Positions 47,745-57,642 of a DNA stretch of 64,000 nucleotides are shown piece by piece. Within the stretch, counting starts at the first letter, position 1, and each line of letters begins with the position of its first letter. The notes beneath the pieces were generated by a model that saw nothing but the letters and a program-made list of their open reading frames with translations, did no database searches and was not told where the DNA came from. Source of the DNA: a virus; the IMG/VR virus record IMGVR_UViG_3300002092_001594, positions 51,225 through 115,224 of that record; one strand, 5' to 3'. The position numbers and the translations under genes were made by a program.

Positions 47745-48520
47745 ATTTTATCTTTTATAAAACCGTAAAATCCGTCAGCAAAGGCTTTATGCCATGCCTC
47801 TCCCGGATGTTGCTGGTCTGCGGCCTTGTGATCGTTTTGATAACAGTCTCTAGGTTCGTAAAATGTACGGTAATTAATTGTATTTTCCAACTTTGGCTTT
47901 AATTTTTTATAAATTTCGTAATAATATCCTGCTACAGTATGGAAAGTCTTTATTCTGTATAATTTAGAAAGACTCTCTACGAATTGATATGCTTCCCAGA
48001 ATTCCATTAAGTCTTGATTGTCGTTCCTAAGCTGTAAAAACAATAAATCCTCTTCGTTATTGCGCCAAACCGGGTCTTTGTTAGTAGCTGTTCTAAAGCC
48101 TCCTATCTTTCGAAATTCCCCTGTCTCTGTTATATAATCCCTTCTAGAAAACCCGGGCCACATTATTAAGACTATATCCGGTGTTTTTATAGAATTAAGA
48201 AATTTATAGAGGGTTTTAGTAATAAAAGAAGTAGACACTCCGTACATTCCGTAATTATGCATTCTTCCTAGCCTGTCTCCCATTAAAGTAGGCCAGATTA
48301 AATTATTATCTACACCTATTCCCATTGTCCAAGAACATCCTAACGTCAGTACGTTGTATTGAGGTACTTCTCTTACAGTTTTAGAGGTTCTATAACCGTA
48401 TTCGTTCATTTCGTATGTTATTAGACCGCTATTATCACTAGCTAGAGTGCTTAACGTCTTATTTGCATACTGAGGATATGAAATGATATCGTTGCTTAGT
48501 ATGTTATTTAAGCTTTTCAT
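47741..48520 (-). CDS. SGNH-like esterase/acyltransferase
   Basis: LGCSWT.G, N.G..G.S, D..HP. Confidence 0.7.
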   Translation of the reverse strand: MKSLNNILSNDIISYPQYANKTLSTLASDNSGLITYEMNEYGYRTSKTVREVPQYNVLTLGCSWTMGIGVDNNLIWPTLMGDRLGRMHNYGMYGVSTSFITKTLYKFLNSIKTPDIVLIMWPGFSRRDYITETGEFRKIGGFRTATNKDPVWRNNEEDLLFLQLRNDNQDLMEFWEAYQFVESLSKLYRIKTFHTVAGYYYEIYKKLKPKLENTINYRTFYEPRDCYQNDHKAADQQHPGEAWHKAFADGFYGFIKDKI

Positions 48521-49922
48521 ATAGTTCCTCCATAGCGGTTTCAGTTATCATCTTATTTTTATGGATATTTAAGAGATGTTGGTGATTATATACTAGGATG
48601 TCTTGCATTTTCCAATACCATTCATGAATCTCTTGTTTTGTCATTAAACATAGTCGTTTTACCTGCTCATAACACATACGTAATCGCTTATCATTATCTA
48701 ACTCCTGATCGTAAGATTCGTCTATAAAAGGTTCAAAGGTTTTGAATCCCAAATCTCTTAATACTTGTAGACTACCTCTCGTAGCAACATAGATAAATGG
48801 TTGAAAATTTATTATAGGTTTAAAAACCTTTTCTGTTAAAGAGATTGCTTCGCTTTCATCATAAAAAAAAGACTCAAAGCATATATCAAAATAAGAAGTC
48901 AAATGGGGAATACAGTCTTCGTCCGTCCATGCGTTTATAACGCTTAAAGGAAGGTTATTTTCGCTTTTTAAATTATGAGGTCCTTTATCTAATACTTCTT
49001 TAACTCTTATTTTATTTGTTAAATTTAAATTTTCAGTTGCTACTTCATACTGGTATGTTTGAGAGAAATTCTGTTGTCCACCAAAAGACCAATCCCCTAA
49101 ATTAATAAATCCTTCATCAATAAGCCAAATTAAAGTTTTTAATCGATGTTCTTTTGGAGCTTTTATTTTCATTAAGAAATGACTATCTCTTAATTGATCT
49201 CTTGTACTTAAAAATTTATCGAGTGTTATTACTTTATTCTCATTTCGATCCATACTTTGAAAGTAATAATAAGAACTATGCTCTAAACAAAATGGAGTAT
49301 TAATAATCTTATATCTTCTCTGTCCGATAGGAAACCAAGCCTCATATAATTGTTTAGCATTAAAGCTATTAACCATTATATAAATGGATTCTGAATCTAT
49401 TCCGGAATCTTCTAAGCATTTGTGTAATAAGATATGGTACTCTCGTGAAATAAAAGGCTCCATAGAGTAATCGATTAAAATTATACCTCTCTTATTCTCT
49501 ATTTCTGTTAAAGCTTTTTGTGATATAAATTTCCAAAAGAAATCTCCTGCTACCTTATTGCTGTTATTACCGGGATTATTAATTCCAATGAAATTTAAAA
49601 GAGTGGGGCTAGGTTTAATAGGATATACAAACTTTTTACCTTCTAGAGTTGCTGTATATAAATCTCGATATTCGTAATGAATTTTGCTTTGATATACATC
49701 CGCCTCTAAAATAAATCCCGATATTGTATTTTGATTGTACCCAAAAGAATTATCAAATAACTTTTGAAACTCGCTAATATCATTTTCCAAAAAAGTACTA
49801 TAGTGTACTTTGCTGTTATATTGACTCAATACATAATTTATAATCCCAAATTGTGGATTAAGTGCGTTAGGTAAAGCAAAAGTTGGAAATATGTAATCGT
49901 GAACAAGGGTTAATTTTTTCAT
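48504..49922 (-). CDS. Putative glycosyltransferase-like protein (GT10-like TEK motif)
   Basis: ES......LTEK.FKPI...QPFI, L..LGFKTF...IDESYD. Confidence 0.55.
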   Translation of the reverse strand: MKKLTLVHDYIFPTFALPNALNPQFGIINYVLSQYNSKVHYSTFLENDISEFQKLFDNSFGYNQNTISGFILEADVYQSKIHYEYRDLYTATLEGKKFVYPIKPSPTLLNFIGINNPGNNSNKVAGDFFWKFISQKALTEIENKRGIILIDYSMEPFISREYHILLHKCLEDSGIDSESIYIMVNSFNAKQLYEAWFPIGQRRYKIINTPFCLEHSSYYYFQSMDRNENKVITLDKFLSTRDQLRDSHFLMKIKAPKEHRLKTLIWLIDEGFINLGDWSFGGQQNFSQTYQYEVATENLNLTNKIRVKEVLDKGPHNLKSENNLPLSVINAWTDEDCIPHLTSYFDICFESFFYDESEAISLTEKVFKPIINFQPFIYVATRGSLQVLRDLGFKTFEPFIDESYDQELDNDKRLRMCYEQVKRLCLMTKQEIHEWYWKMQDILVYNHQHLLNIHKNKMITETAMEELYEKLK

Positions 49923-50695
49923 TAATTTAACTTATTTAAAACAGCTTCATAGACTTTTTTCTGTCCTTCCCAAGAAGTGTGTAGTGTTTTCATGTCATCA
50001 GGAAATTCTAATGAAAGTTGTCCCCAACTTACATCAACTCTATTTTCTTCTGAGATGTATAGTTCGTATTCGCAATCGTCTGTAAATACTAAATGCTTTA
50101 TATTTGTATTTTTTAATAGTACGTGAGATTTTACAATAACTCCCATATCAAATTGTTTTTGAATTCTACTATCGAAAAATTCAAGATAATACTGCTTTAA
50201 TAATCTCATTCTTTCAGGACGTTCTCTTTTAAACTTTTTAAAGTAGGTAGAGCTTCCTATATTTTTATCTAAGAAATTATCCACATAATCAATTATACCA
50301 TGCCAATTTTCTGTTAACATTTCTCCTTTATATCTAAAGTCATCTTTCATAGGATGTTCTAGTAGATAAGGATAAGTTCCTTCTCCATAAGGAGGATATT
50401 CATGGTAGTTAACATTTAAATTATCGGCATTACGATCTTCTCTTGCATCTTCAGGAAACCATTCAATTCGATGGTTGCAAGTAGGAGCTACAATGAGTAA
50501 TCCAATATCTGATATATTATCAACTGCGTACTTTACTTGTAGTGATATGGATAAATTAGTACTTGATCCTTTTGCTAGGTTGATTAAATTTAAACCTAGC
50601 TTTTTAGCAAGTATAGATCCATAAGGTTCATTATTAAGATCATGACATCCTATTCCTATGCTAAAAGAATCTCCACATATTACTAAATTTTTCAT
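49922..50695 (-). CDS. SGNH-like protein
   Basis: CGDSFS.G, NLA.GSS.N, terminal His. Confidence 0.7.
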   Translation of the reverse strand: MKNLVICGDSFSIGIGCHDLNNEPYGSILAKKLGLNLINLAKGSSTNLSISLQVKYAVDNISDIGLLIVAPTCNHRIEWFPEDAREDRNADNLNVNYHEYPPYGEGTYPYLLEHPMKDDFRYKGEMLTENWHGIIDYVDNFLDKNIGSSTYFKKFKRERPERMRLLKQYYLEFFDSRIQKQFDMGVIVKSHVLLKNTNIKHLVFTDDCEYELYISEENRVDVSWGQLSLEFPDDMKTLHTSWEGQKKVYEAVLNKLN

Positions 50696-51582
50696 TTTAA
50701 CAAATTATTTTCTTTAATGTATCTAATTAACTCTTTAGCCCATACCATATGAGATTCAGGAGAAGGATGCCATCCATGTAATACAGGATTAGCGTCGGAT
50801 TTTTTTATAAAGCTACGAAAAGTATTATCTGGTAGATCTTTTTTATAGAATCGAATTGGATCTACAGTGTCCCATAAGTCGGCATAATCGTAGGTATGAA
50901 TTCTTCTTTTTGCATCTTCGTCTGTTGATACGTGGTAAGGTCCTCCTCCAGATTGAATACGAACTAATTCTTCTCTAATACTTAAATCTTGCCAGTCTTT
51001 AATGTCTACAGGACCTGGTGCTTGATAAAAAGCATTAAAGCACATCCATTTTATATTATGGGCATTGCAAAAATTTTGAAGCTGTAGCACATTCATAACA
51101 TACCTAGGCATATATTCTTCTGGATGCCATAAATATTCCACGTAAAGTTTCCAAAAGTCTTCTTGAGCTTTACTAGAAAAATGTGGAACATTTGGCCACA
51201 GTCTAAATCTTTCGTGGAATCCAGTTTCGTCTTTGTACCAAAAAACATTTCTTTCAGGCGATGACCATCCAACTACGACAAGTAGATTTTCAGTCGATCT
51301 TCTTTTTGCTATGTATTCCTTTGATAAGTATATCATAGTTCTGTTAAGAATTGTTCCATTATCGTCGGCTGGATAAGCTAAGTTTGTTACTTCGGCATCT
51401 AATAGTTCTGCTAAGTAGGTTGGAAATATTCTAGGAACTCTATAAGCATCGTTATTTTCCAAAAAATCAAACTTTCCTACATAAGTACCAGGTGGATAAG
51501 TAGCTTGTATTGCTGGATCTACTATTTCGCATCCAAAAACCCAAGAATCTCCATCACATACTATTTCTAATTTTTTACTCAT
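50692..51582 (-). CDS. SGNH-like protein
   Basis: DGDSW..G, NLA, VGWS..ER, HP...H..WA. Confidence 0.7.
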   Translation of the reverse strand: MSKKLEIVCDGDSWVFGCEIVDPAIQATYPPGTYVGKFDFLENNDAYRVPRIFPTYLAELLDAEVTNLAYPADDNGTILNRTMIYLSKEYIAKRRSTENLLVVVGWSSPERNVFWYKDETGFHERFRLWPNVPHFSSKAQEDFWKLYVEYLWHPEEYMPRYVMNVLQLQNFCNAHNIKWMCFNAFYQAPGPVDIKDWQDLSIREELVRIQSGGGPYHVSTDEDAKRRIHTYDYADLWDTVDPIRFYKKDLPDNTFRSFIKKSDANPVLHGWHPSPESHMVWAKELIRYIKENNLLK

Positions 51583-52264
51583 TGTCTAATCTATTTAAAA
51601 TATAATTTGCAAAATCTTTATGTCCCTTATAAGACCAATGTCCGTCATTTATTTTATTATCAGTAGCATCCTGAATAGTTTCGTAAGTACTAAAAGTTTC
51701 TCCGACGTCCCAAACTAAGACTTTAACTCCCTTATCTTCTATCATTCGCCTAATACAATCAAATCTAAAATTCCATCGCTCTACAATTAACTTACTATCT
51801 GTAATAATTGCTATATTTTTTAGTGTATTTAATTCATCCTCTGTATAATTAATAAAATGGTGAGTAGACATGTAAGGATTGCTTATATGTCCAGCAGAAA
51901 GAGTGATGAAGTATTTTTCGTTCTTACTTGGGATATCAAATCTAGTAAAAAAAGTCTTACTTACGATAACTAGATCTCCTTCATAGATAAAATCGTAGCG
52001 TTCTAATAAAGTATCTAATATTTTATCATTAGAAAACATTCCCATTCCGACATTTGTAAGAGGCATATTTAATTTTGAAGATATTATTTCAGGCCATATG
52101 ATATCTTCATCTGATTTTTTATATTTAGTATACAATTCGTTAGCTAAACAACCATTACCGGCTGTAAAAGAATCACCAAAAACCCATAAATATTTTTTTG
52201 GGCGTTCTGATGGATTCAGGCAGTAAGTACCTCGTCCGTCTAAGTAAGTTAAAGGTTCAATCAT
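51575..52264 (-). CDS. SGNH-like protein
   Basis: FGDSFTAG, N.G.G..SN, DGHWS..GH. Confidence 0.75.
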   Translation of the reverse strand: MIEPLTYLDGRGTYCLNPSERPKKYLWVFGDSFTAGNGCLANELYTKYKKSDEDIIWPEIISSKLNMPLTNVGMGMFSNDKILDTLLERYDFIYEGDLVIVSKTFFTRFDIPSKNEKYFITLSAGHISNPYMSTHHFINYTEDELNTLKNIAIITDSKLIVERWNFRFDCIRRMIEDKGVKVLVWDVGETFSTYETIQDATDNKINDGHWSYKGHKDFANYILNRLDNE

Positions 52265-52270
52265 AAGTAA

Positions 52271-53167
52271 TTAAATTGCTTTGTATTTATCTAAAACACT
52301 CTTACCGTCTTTTTGATCTAGGATGTTAGAATACCATTCGTGAGAATACTCACAAATATCTCTCCAATTATCAATGCTATTTAATCCAGCATCTTCAACA
52401 GCTTTTCTTACTACGTAATAATTTATACCTCTGTAACCTTGTGGATGAATTCCATTAGAAACTAAATACCTATATAAAATTGTTCCAGGTCCATACCAGT
52501 ATGTTGAGTCTTGTATAAATTTGTTAGCACCATAGGTTGCCATATTTTCTAATTGAACGTTTCTATACCATCTACAACAATTTGATATTATATCCATAGT
52601 TGGAGAATTGGAATAGAAGAATACATCATCAAAATTGGGATAATTAAATTCTTGAGGAAATCTCTGAAGAACAGGTACTGTAGAATAGGCTGTTAAGTGA
52701 TTGACATTGTGTATGTGAAATTTATCTAATCGACATCCTAAATTACAAACTCCTTCTTGTGGATAGTTAATATCTAACCTAGCTCTTATTACTAAATCGT
52801 AAACAAAATTATTTTCAACTTCATGCTTTTTCTTAAGCCACACACTTTTCATAAAGCTGTATAGTAAAGTTTCCCATAAAGTAGTATAGTTATCTTTATT
52901 ATACTCCTCCATCTCTATAGCAACAGGATTAAAGGCTTGTATTAGATCTTCTTTTTCATTAGGTGACACTTTTTCATCTGTTCTCTGCAGCCATACAATA
53001 TCATTCTTGCCTCTATATTGATTAGTATCCCAGGTATGTATAAAAAAATCAACTTGACAACCGTACTCTGTAAGGTCGTAATACTTTAATATATTATCCT
53101 TTGCTGTTCGCCATGTTCTTGCTTGTCCACTTAAGCAAACTGCTATTTTTCGAATTCTTCCAAACAT
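52271..53167 (-). CDS. Putative glycosyltransferase-like protein
   Basis: IAVCLSGQ.R, DFFIHTW, YD.VIR.R.D, DD.FF. Confidence 0.55.
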   Translation of the reverse strand: MFGRIRKIAVCLSGQARTWRTAKDNILKYYDLTEYGCQVDFFIHTWDTNQYRGKNDIVWLQRTDEKVSPNEKEDLIQAFNPVAIEMEEYNKDNYTTLWETLLYSFMKSVWLKKKHEVENNFVYDLVIRARLDINYPQEGVCNLGCRLDKFHIHNVNHLTAYSTVPVLQRFPQEFNYPNFDDVFFYSNSPTMDIISNCCRWYRNVQLENMATYGANKFIQDSTYWYGPGTILYRYLVSNGIHPQGYRGINYYVVRKAVEDAGLNSIDNWRDICEYSHEWYSNILDQKDGKSVLDKYKAI

Positions 53168-53168
53168 A

Positions 53169-54017
53169 TTAATCTCTTATTACATCTGGACCAAAGTCCA
53201 TTGATTTATTATTTAATTGAAACATCCTAACACAGTACGTCATTACTTCTTCGATTTTTATTGAATCTTTAAATGCACGTTGATCGATATGAGGCATATG
53301 ATTATACATAGCAGACATCATATCAAAGGTCTGTGAATCAGAGTAGTAGAAAATGTCTCCAATTGCGTCAAAAGGATATTTGTCTAATGAGTAATTATGA
53401 ACTGAATATATGGTTCGTAGTTCTGGTTTTTCAAAATCTCTAGCAAATATCATTCTATTATTATCGTCAAATTCTAAATCAAATCTTGACCTTATACAAA
53501 TATCGTACTCAAATTTATTTTCTATTTCATACTGTCTTTTTAAATGAGCACATTTCATAATACTATGTAATTGGCTTCCTGCCCAACTAATATGACCTTT
53601 TATTGGATTCTTAGAGTAAGTTTGCTCGGTAGCTATATCATCCATTATTTTTTCACAATTCTTGCTTACATTCCAGTCTTCAACAAGAGCTTTTTTAGGC
53701 TTTAAAGTACTCAGTACTTCTTCAATTTCACTTTTTTCTATCTTGGTATATGTGTTTTTAAAAGGCTCAAGTAACTCTCCTCTTTTAATAGGATCTGGCT
53801 CTTCCCAATTTACATCCCATTTAAAATGTGGAGGTGTATTGAAGTCCCAAGTATGAATAAAATAATCAACTTCGAAAGGCTCATCTGCATAGGCCGGGTA
53901 TTGCAAGTTGTCGTTAATAAACATACGCTCTTTGAATTTGTCAAACAAGAGGTTCCAAGACGTATGGCATTTTTTCCAAGTCCTTAATTGTCCGCTTAAA
54001 CAAAAAGCTACTCTCAT
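53169..54017 (-). CDS. Putative glycosyltransferase-like protein, paralog of the neighbour
   Basis: VAFCLSGQ.R, DYFIHTW, YD.CIR.R.D, GD.FY. Confidence 0.55.
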   Translation of the reverse strand: MRVAFCLSGQLRTWKKCHTSWNLLFDKFKERMFINDNLQYPAYADEPFEVDYFIHTWDFNTPPHFKWDVNWEEPDPIKRGELLEPFKNTYTKIEKSEIEEVLSTLKPKKALVEDWNVSKNCEKIMDDIATEQTYSKNPIKGHISWAGSQLHSIMKCAHLKRQYEIENKFEYDICIRSRFDLEFDDNNRMIFARDFEKPELRTIYSVHNYSLDKYPFDAIGDIFYYSDSQTFDMMSAMYNHMPHIDQRAFKDSIKIEEVMTYCVRMFQLNNKSMDFGPDVIRD

Positions 54018-54018
54018 C

Positions 54019-54807
54019 TTAATAAGTGGTATTATCTTTCATGTAAAAATTAGGAAAACAACCATTAAATGCAGAATTCCAAAGCTTGTAGTTACTTTTG
54101 TGTTCGAAATCTATAAAGAAGAATATATTTTCTTTGTGCGGAGTACTTTGTTTTAATTTTGGATACCCAAAGTAGTCCTCATAATACTTTTCTTTATAGT
54201 TATTCTTTAGTTCGTCTATTTCTTCAATAGAAAGACACTTATCTAAACACATTAAAAACTCGTATTCAAAATTACCAACATGCTTATGATGCTCAGTTTC
54301 GGTTATCTGAGTGGCACATCCTAGATACATGTAAGCTTCTTTATATGAGCATTTGTCTAGTCCTTCGTAATCAATTTCACCTATAGGCTTATAATTCATA
54401 TAATAGTATATCTTCTTAGTCTTATGATCACATCGAATAATATACTCATTCATAGCGTCCTTTTCTTCTGGTAGCATACAATAAGTAAATTCTTTTTCAA
54501 TGGAAATTGGAGATAAAAATTCTGTTTTTCCGTTAATTTCTACTTGCTCAGTTTTCCAGAACCAGTAAGGAGTTCCTAAATGTACATTTTTAGACCCGTC
54601 TATGTAGACTGATAAGCCTGCATGTTTACCGTTTCTAGCAAGAAAGAAGCCTTTTTCATCTTCAATCATTTTTTCAGGATAGACTTTTACACGCATTACT
54701 ATTGTAAAATCTTTTTCCATAAATTTACTCCAGTCGCTATGTTTTGATCCATAGCGTACGTACGGTGAAAATATGTAAATATTTTTTGCGTCTGTTTTTA
54801 AACTCAT
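54019..54807 (-). CDS. Stand-alone LamG/ConA-like domain protein
   Basis: DFTI...VK, Y.LG, CLS.EEI; beta-rich. Confidence 0.5.
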   Translation of the reverse strand: MSLKTDAKNIYIFSPYVRYGSKHSDWSKFMEKDFTIVMRVKVYPEKMIEDEKGFFLARNGKHAGLSVYIDGSKNVHLGTPYWFWKTEQVEINGKTEFLSPISIEKEFTYCMLPEEKDAMNEYIIRCDHKTKKIYYYMNYKPIGEIDYEGLDKCSYKEAYMYLGCATQITETEHHKHVGNFEYEFLMCLDKCLSIEEIDELKNNYKEKYYEDYFGYPKLKQSTPHKENIFFFIDFEHKSNYKLWNSAFNGCFPNFYMKDNTTY

Positions 54808-56210
54808 AGTTGTATTTCTTTACAAAAGTTATAAAATTCTTCTAATTCAGGAAATGTTTTTACAAAATTAGTTCCTCTTCTTCTATCATGTTCTGAAAAA
54901 TACTTATAAAAGTTATGCCTATTTTTCATCTGTTCTGCTGCATCCTGAGGTGAAAGCATCCAATCATAGATCCTCTTAACTTTCTGCACTTCAATATCTG
55001 AATATCCTATATGAGTCCAGTCAAAGGCTGGTGTTGCTTGATAAGACATCATTGTAAGTTGCTCTGCTATGTTTTTAGAAAATTGATGAGGTAAGACTCT
55101 CACAGTCTGATGTGTAGGCCATCTTAAATAAGAAGTATCTAGGAAAGTAGCTGAATTCCAGTATCTATCGCTACTTCCATAAGTCTTTTTAAGGTTGTAG
55201 ACTTCGTTAATTAACTTAGAATAATTGAACACACTTAATGCATTATAAGTTGACATAAAAGTAACAATTACTCTAGGACAGCTTTTTAATATTTTATTTA
55301 CATTATTCCAAAATCTATCAAATTCTAATCCAGTACGAATATACTCTGCTTGTTCTCCCCAAGTATCTGCAGAAGTAAATATAACAAACTCTTTAACCCT
55401 TCCTTCATCCTCTATTCTTTTAATTTTTTCAATTAACCTATCAATTAGCTTATCAGGTGAACCTAGATTTGAATTAATTGCTAATTTAAGCTCTCTATTC
55501 GGATTTGGCTCGTTAATAATAAAGTCTAAAATATCCCAAGTATCTTTATTCATTAATGGTTCACCGCCAGTAATTCTGAAAGTATGTAGATCTCTATATA
55601 AGTCAGGCCACCACTTCCAAAAAGCTTCAACATATGGATTATACTCGCTATGCTTGATTGGAAATTTATCTTCCTTTTTCATCCACTCTGGATCATTAAA
55701 TCCATCTGTGGTTGGATAGCCTCCATAAGTTTCTACCTCTTCAACCCACTTAGAACTAAAAGCAGGACCACAATAAGAACATTTAAAGTTACAAGCATTA
55801 CTAAAAGCAACTTCTACATACTTCGGATTGTAATCATCTCTCCAATTCGAGTTAAAGATCTCTTCTTTATAATCCCAAGACCAACTTTCGCTAGACTTAA
55901 AGACTCTATCGCTATATCTATCAGAGTTATCTTCAACACCCCAACAATAATCACATTCTTCAGGTCTTTTACCTTCTAACATTTCTTTTCTTCTTAGTTT
56001 TTTGAACTTAGTGTTGTGAAGTGCTGATGGATTTCTAGCTATTTCTAGCTCCGATATCTTATGAGTACCAGGATGGTGACATGAGTGATTATGTCCTGTT
56101 TGTAACTGCATGGTAACTTGCGTCCATTTTGCTAGACACATTCCTTTACCGATTGAATCCAAACTATCTTTTACCTCTACAAAGAAAGGATTTTCAAAAG
56201 CTTCTGACAT
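54804..56210 (-). CDS. Radical SAM protein with N-terminal twitch-like domain
   Basis: CLAKW..SCHHP...ECDYCW; CNFKCSYC; TGGEPL. Confidence 0.85.
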   Translation of the reverse strand: MSEAFENPFFVEVKDSLDSIGKGMCLAKWTQVTMQLQTGHNHSCHHPGTHKISELEIARNPSALHNTKFKKLRRKEMLEGKRPEECDYCWGVEDNSDRYSDRVFKSSESWSWDYKEEIFNSNWRDDYNPKYVEVAFSNACNFKCSYCGPAFSSKWVEEVETYGGYPTTDGFNDPEWMKKEDKFPIKHSEYNPYVEAFWKWWPDLYRDLHTFRITGGEPLMNKDTWDILDFIINEPNPNRELKLAINSNLGSPDKLIDRLIEKIKRIEDEGRVKEFVIFTSADTWGEQAEYIRTGLEFDRFWNNVNKILKSCPRVIVTFMSTYNALSVFNYSKLINEVYNLKKTYGSSDRYWNSATFLDTSYLRWPTHQTVRVLPHQFSKNIAEQLTMMSYQATPAFDWTHIGYSDIEVQKVKRIYDWMLSPQDAAEQMKNRHNFYKYFSEHDRRRGTNFVKTFPELEEFYNFCKEIQL

Positions 56211-56211
56211 A

Positions 56212-57642
56212 TTATAATATTACGTTTAACATAAAACAATTGTTTGCTATTTCTTCTTTACTCACCAAAGTATACTTCAAAGTATTCATACCATCTGTCT
56301 TATGGTTAATTTTACCTTGTTGCATACCCATTATATACCTAAATTCGTTCTTTGCTGTAGTTTCTCCTTTTGCCCATTTTCCATCTACAAAGCCTTCGTC
56401 TACGTGATCTAAGCAGTCCATTCTACCTGGAGTTCTATGAGGTACTATAGTATGCGGTACTTTAATGGTCTCTTCTAGTTTCTCACAGTTAAATACCAGG
56501 CCATTATTATTATTACCTGTAGTATCTTTTAATAGCTTATCGTTACTAAACTCGTAATTTAAAGTAGCATCTAATACTTCATCATTAAAGGAAGATACGA
56601 TTTCTTCTTGAGTTAAACATCTATTCCAGACAATTAATTTACCTATGTCTCCTTTAAAGAACTTAGCAGGATCTTTTTCATTAGCTGAAGTAGATATACC
56701 TAGGTAATAATCTGTGTCGTATTTTTTTAATCCGCCTATAAAAGAAGTCGGAGACTCGGTTCCAGTTCCAGAAGCTGCTTGCGACTCAATTCCGTTTAGG
56801 TAAACGTGTATTTTTTTATCGTCTGCATCTACAGCAAGGGTTACCCAGGTCCATTGACCTTCGTATCGCTTCATCCACTGGTAGATAGGCTTATTGAACA
56901 TGTCCCATAGCATTGCTGTATAGGCTCTTGAATTATTATAGGAAATACCGTAGTCATATCCTGGTCTCCTAAAGATAGGGTATTCTACAAACTTTTTATC
57001 TTTCGAACCTATAAGGTAAATAGGCATTTTATCTTCCTGGTGGAACGCTCTTACTAAAACACTTACAGTATGTGAGTTATGAGTTAAATCTCCTAAAGAC
57101 GGACTGTTAGGAATCTTAACATAGGAGTCGCTTCCGTTAAACCTTAAAAAAGGTTTTGTTTTCTGGTAGTCAACATAACTAATATCGGCATATCCTTCTA
57201 ACACGCATCTCCAAAAGAGATCGTCATCTTCCATTCCCCAATCCCAATAGTCATTTGAATATCCATTAGTCTTTTTCACTTGCTCTTTACTAAAAATCAC
57301 AGCACCCCCAAAGTAATCGACATACTTTAAGTGGTAATTGGTTTTTGAAATATGGATTGCAATATGTCTAGGATTATCTTCTGGGAAAGAGTAATCACAG
57401 TTATCGTCTTCTGGTATCATATCAATATCATGCCATACTATGTAGTCACATCCATCTTTAAAAGCTTGTTCAGCTGCTATATTCTTCATAGCACCTCTAT
57501 TGAATAGTTTATTATCTACTTGATGACCAAAATACATACAATAGTCTATACCTCTATCTTTCAGGAATTTACCTACACGAGGTATAAACTCTTCTAAATG
57601 AGCTTCTCTATTTCTATATGGTACACATACCCCTAATTTCAT
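56212..57642 (-). CDS. GT7 (beta-1,4-galactosyltransferase-like) with inserted LamG domain
   Basis: VPYRNR, FNRG, HDIDM, YFGG, NGYSN.YW.WG.EDDD; LamG insert; DG.NTL.Y tail. Confidence 0.85.
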   Translation of the reverse strand: MKLGVCVPYRNREAHLEEFIPRVGKFLKDRGIDYCMYFGHQVDNKLFNRGAMKNIAAEQAFKDGCDYIVWHDIDMIPEDDNCDYSFPEDNPRHIAIHISKTNYHLKYVDYFGGAVIFSKEQVKKTNGYSNDYWDWGMEDDDLFWRCVLEGYADISYVDYQKTKPFLRFNGSDSYVKIPNSPSLGDLTHNSHTVSVLVRAFHQEDKMPIYLIGSKDKKFVEYPIFRRPGYDYGISYNNSRAYTAMLWDMFNKPIYQWMKRYEGQWTWVTLAVDADDKKIHVYLNGIESQAASGTGTESPTSFIGGLKKYDTDYYLGISTSANEKDPAKFFKGDIGKLIVWNRCLTQEEIVSSFNDEVLDATLNYEFSNDKLLKDTTGNNNNGLVFNCEKLEETIKVPHTIVPHRTPGRMDCLDHVDEGFVDGKWAKGETTAKNEFRYIMGMQQGKINHKTDGMNTLKYTLVSKEEIANNCFMLNVIL

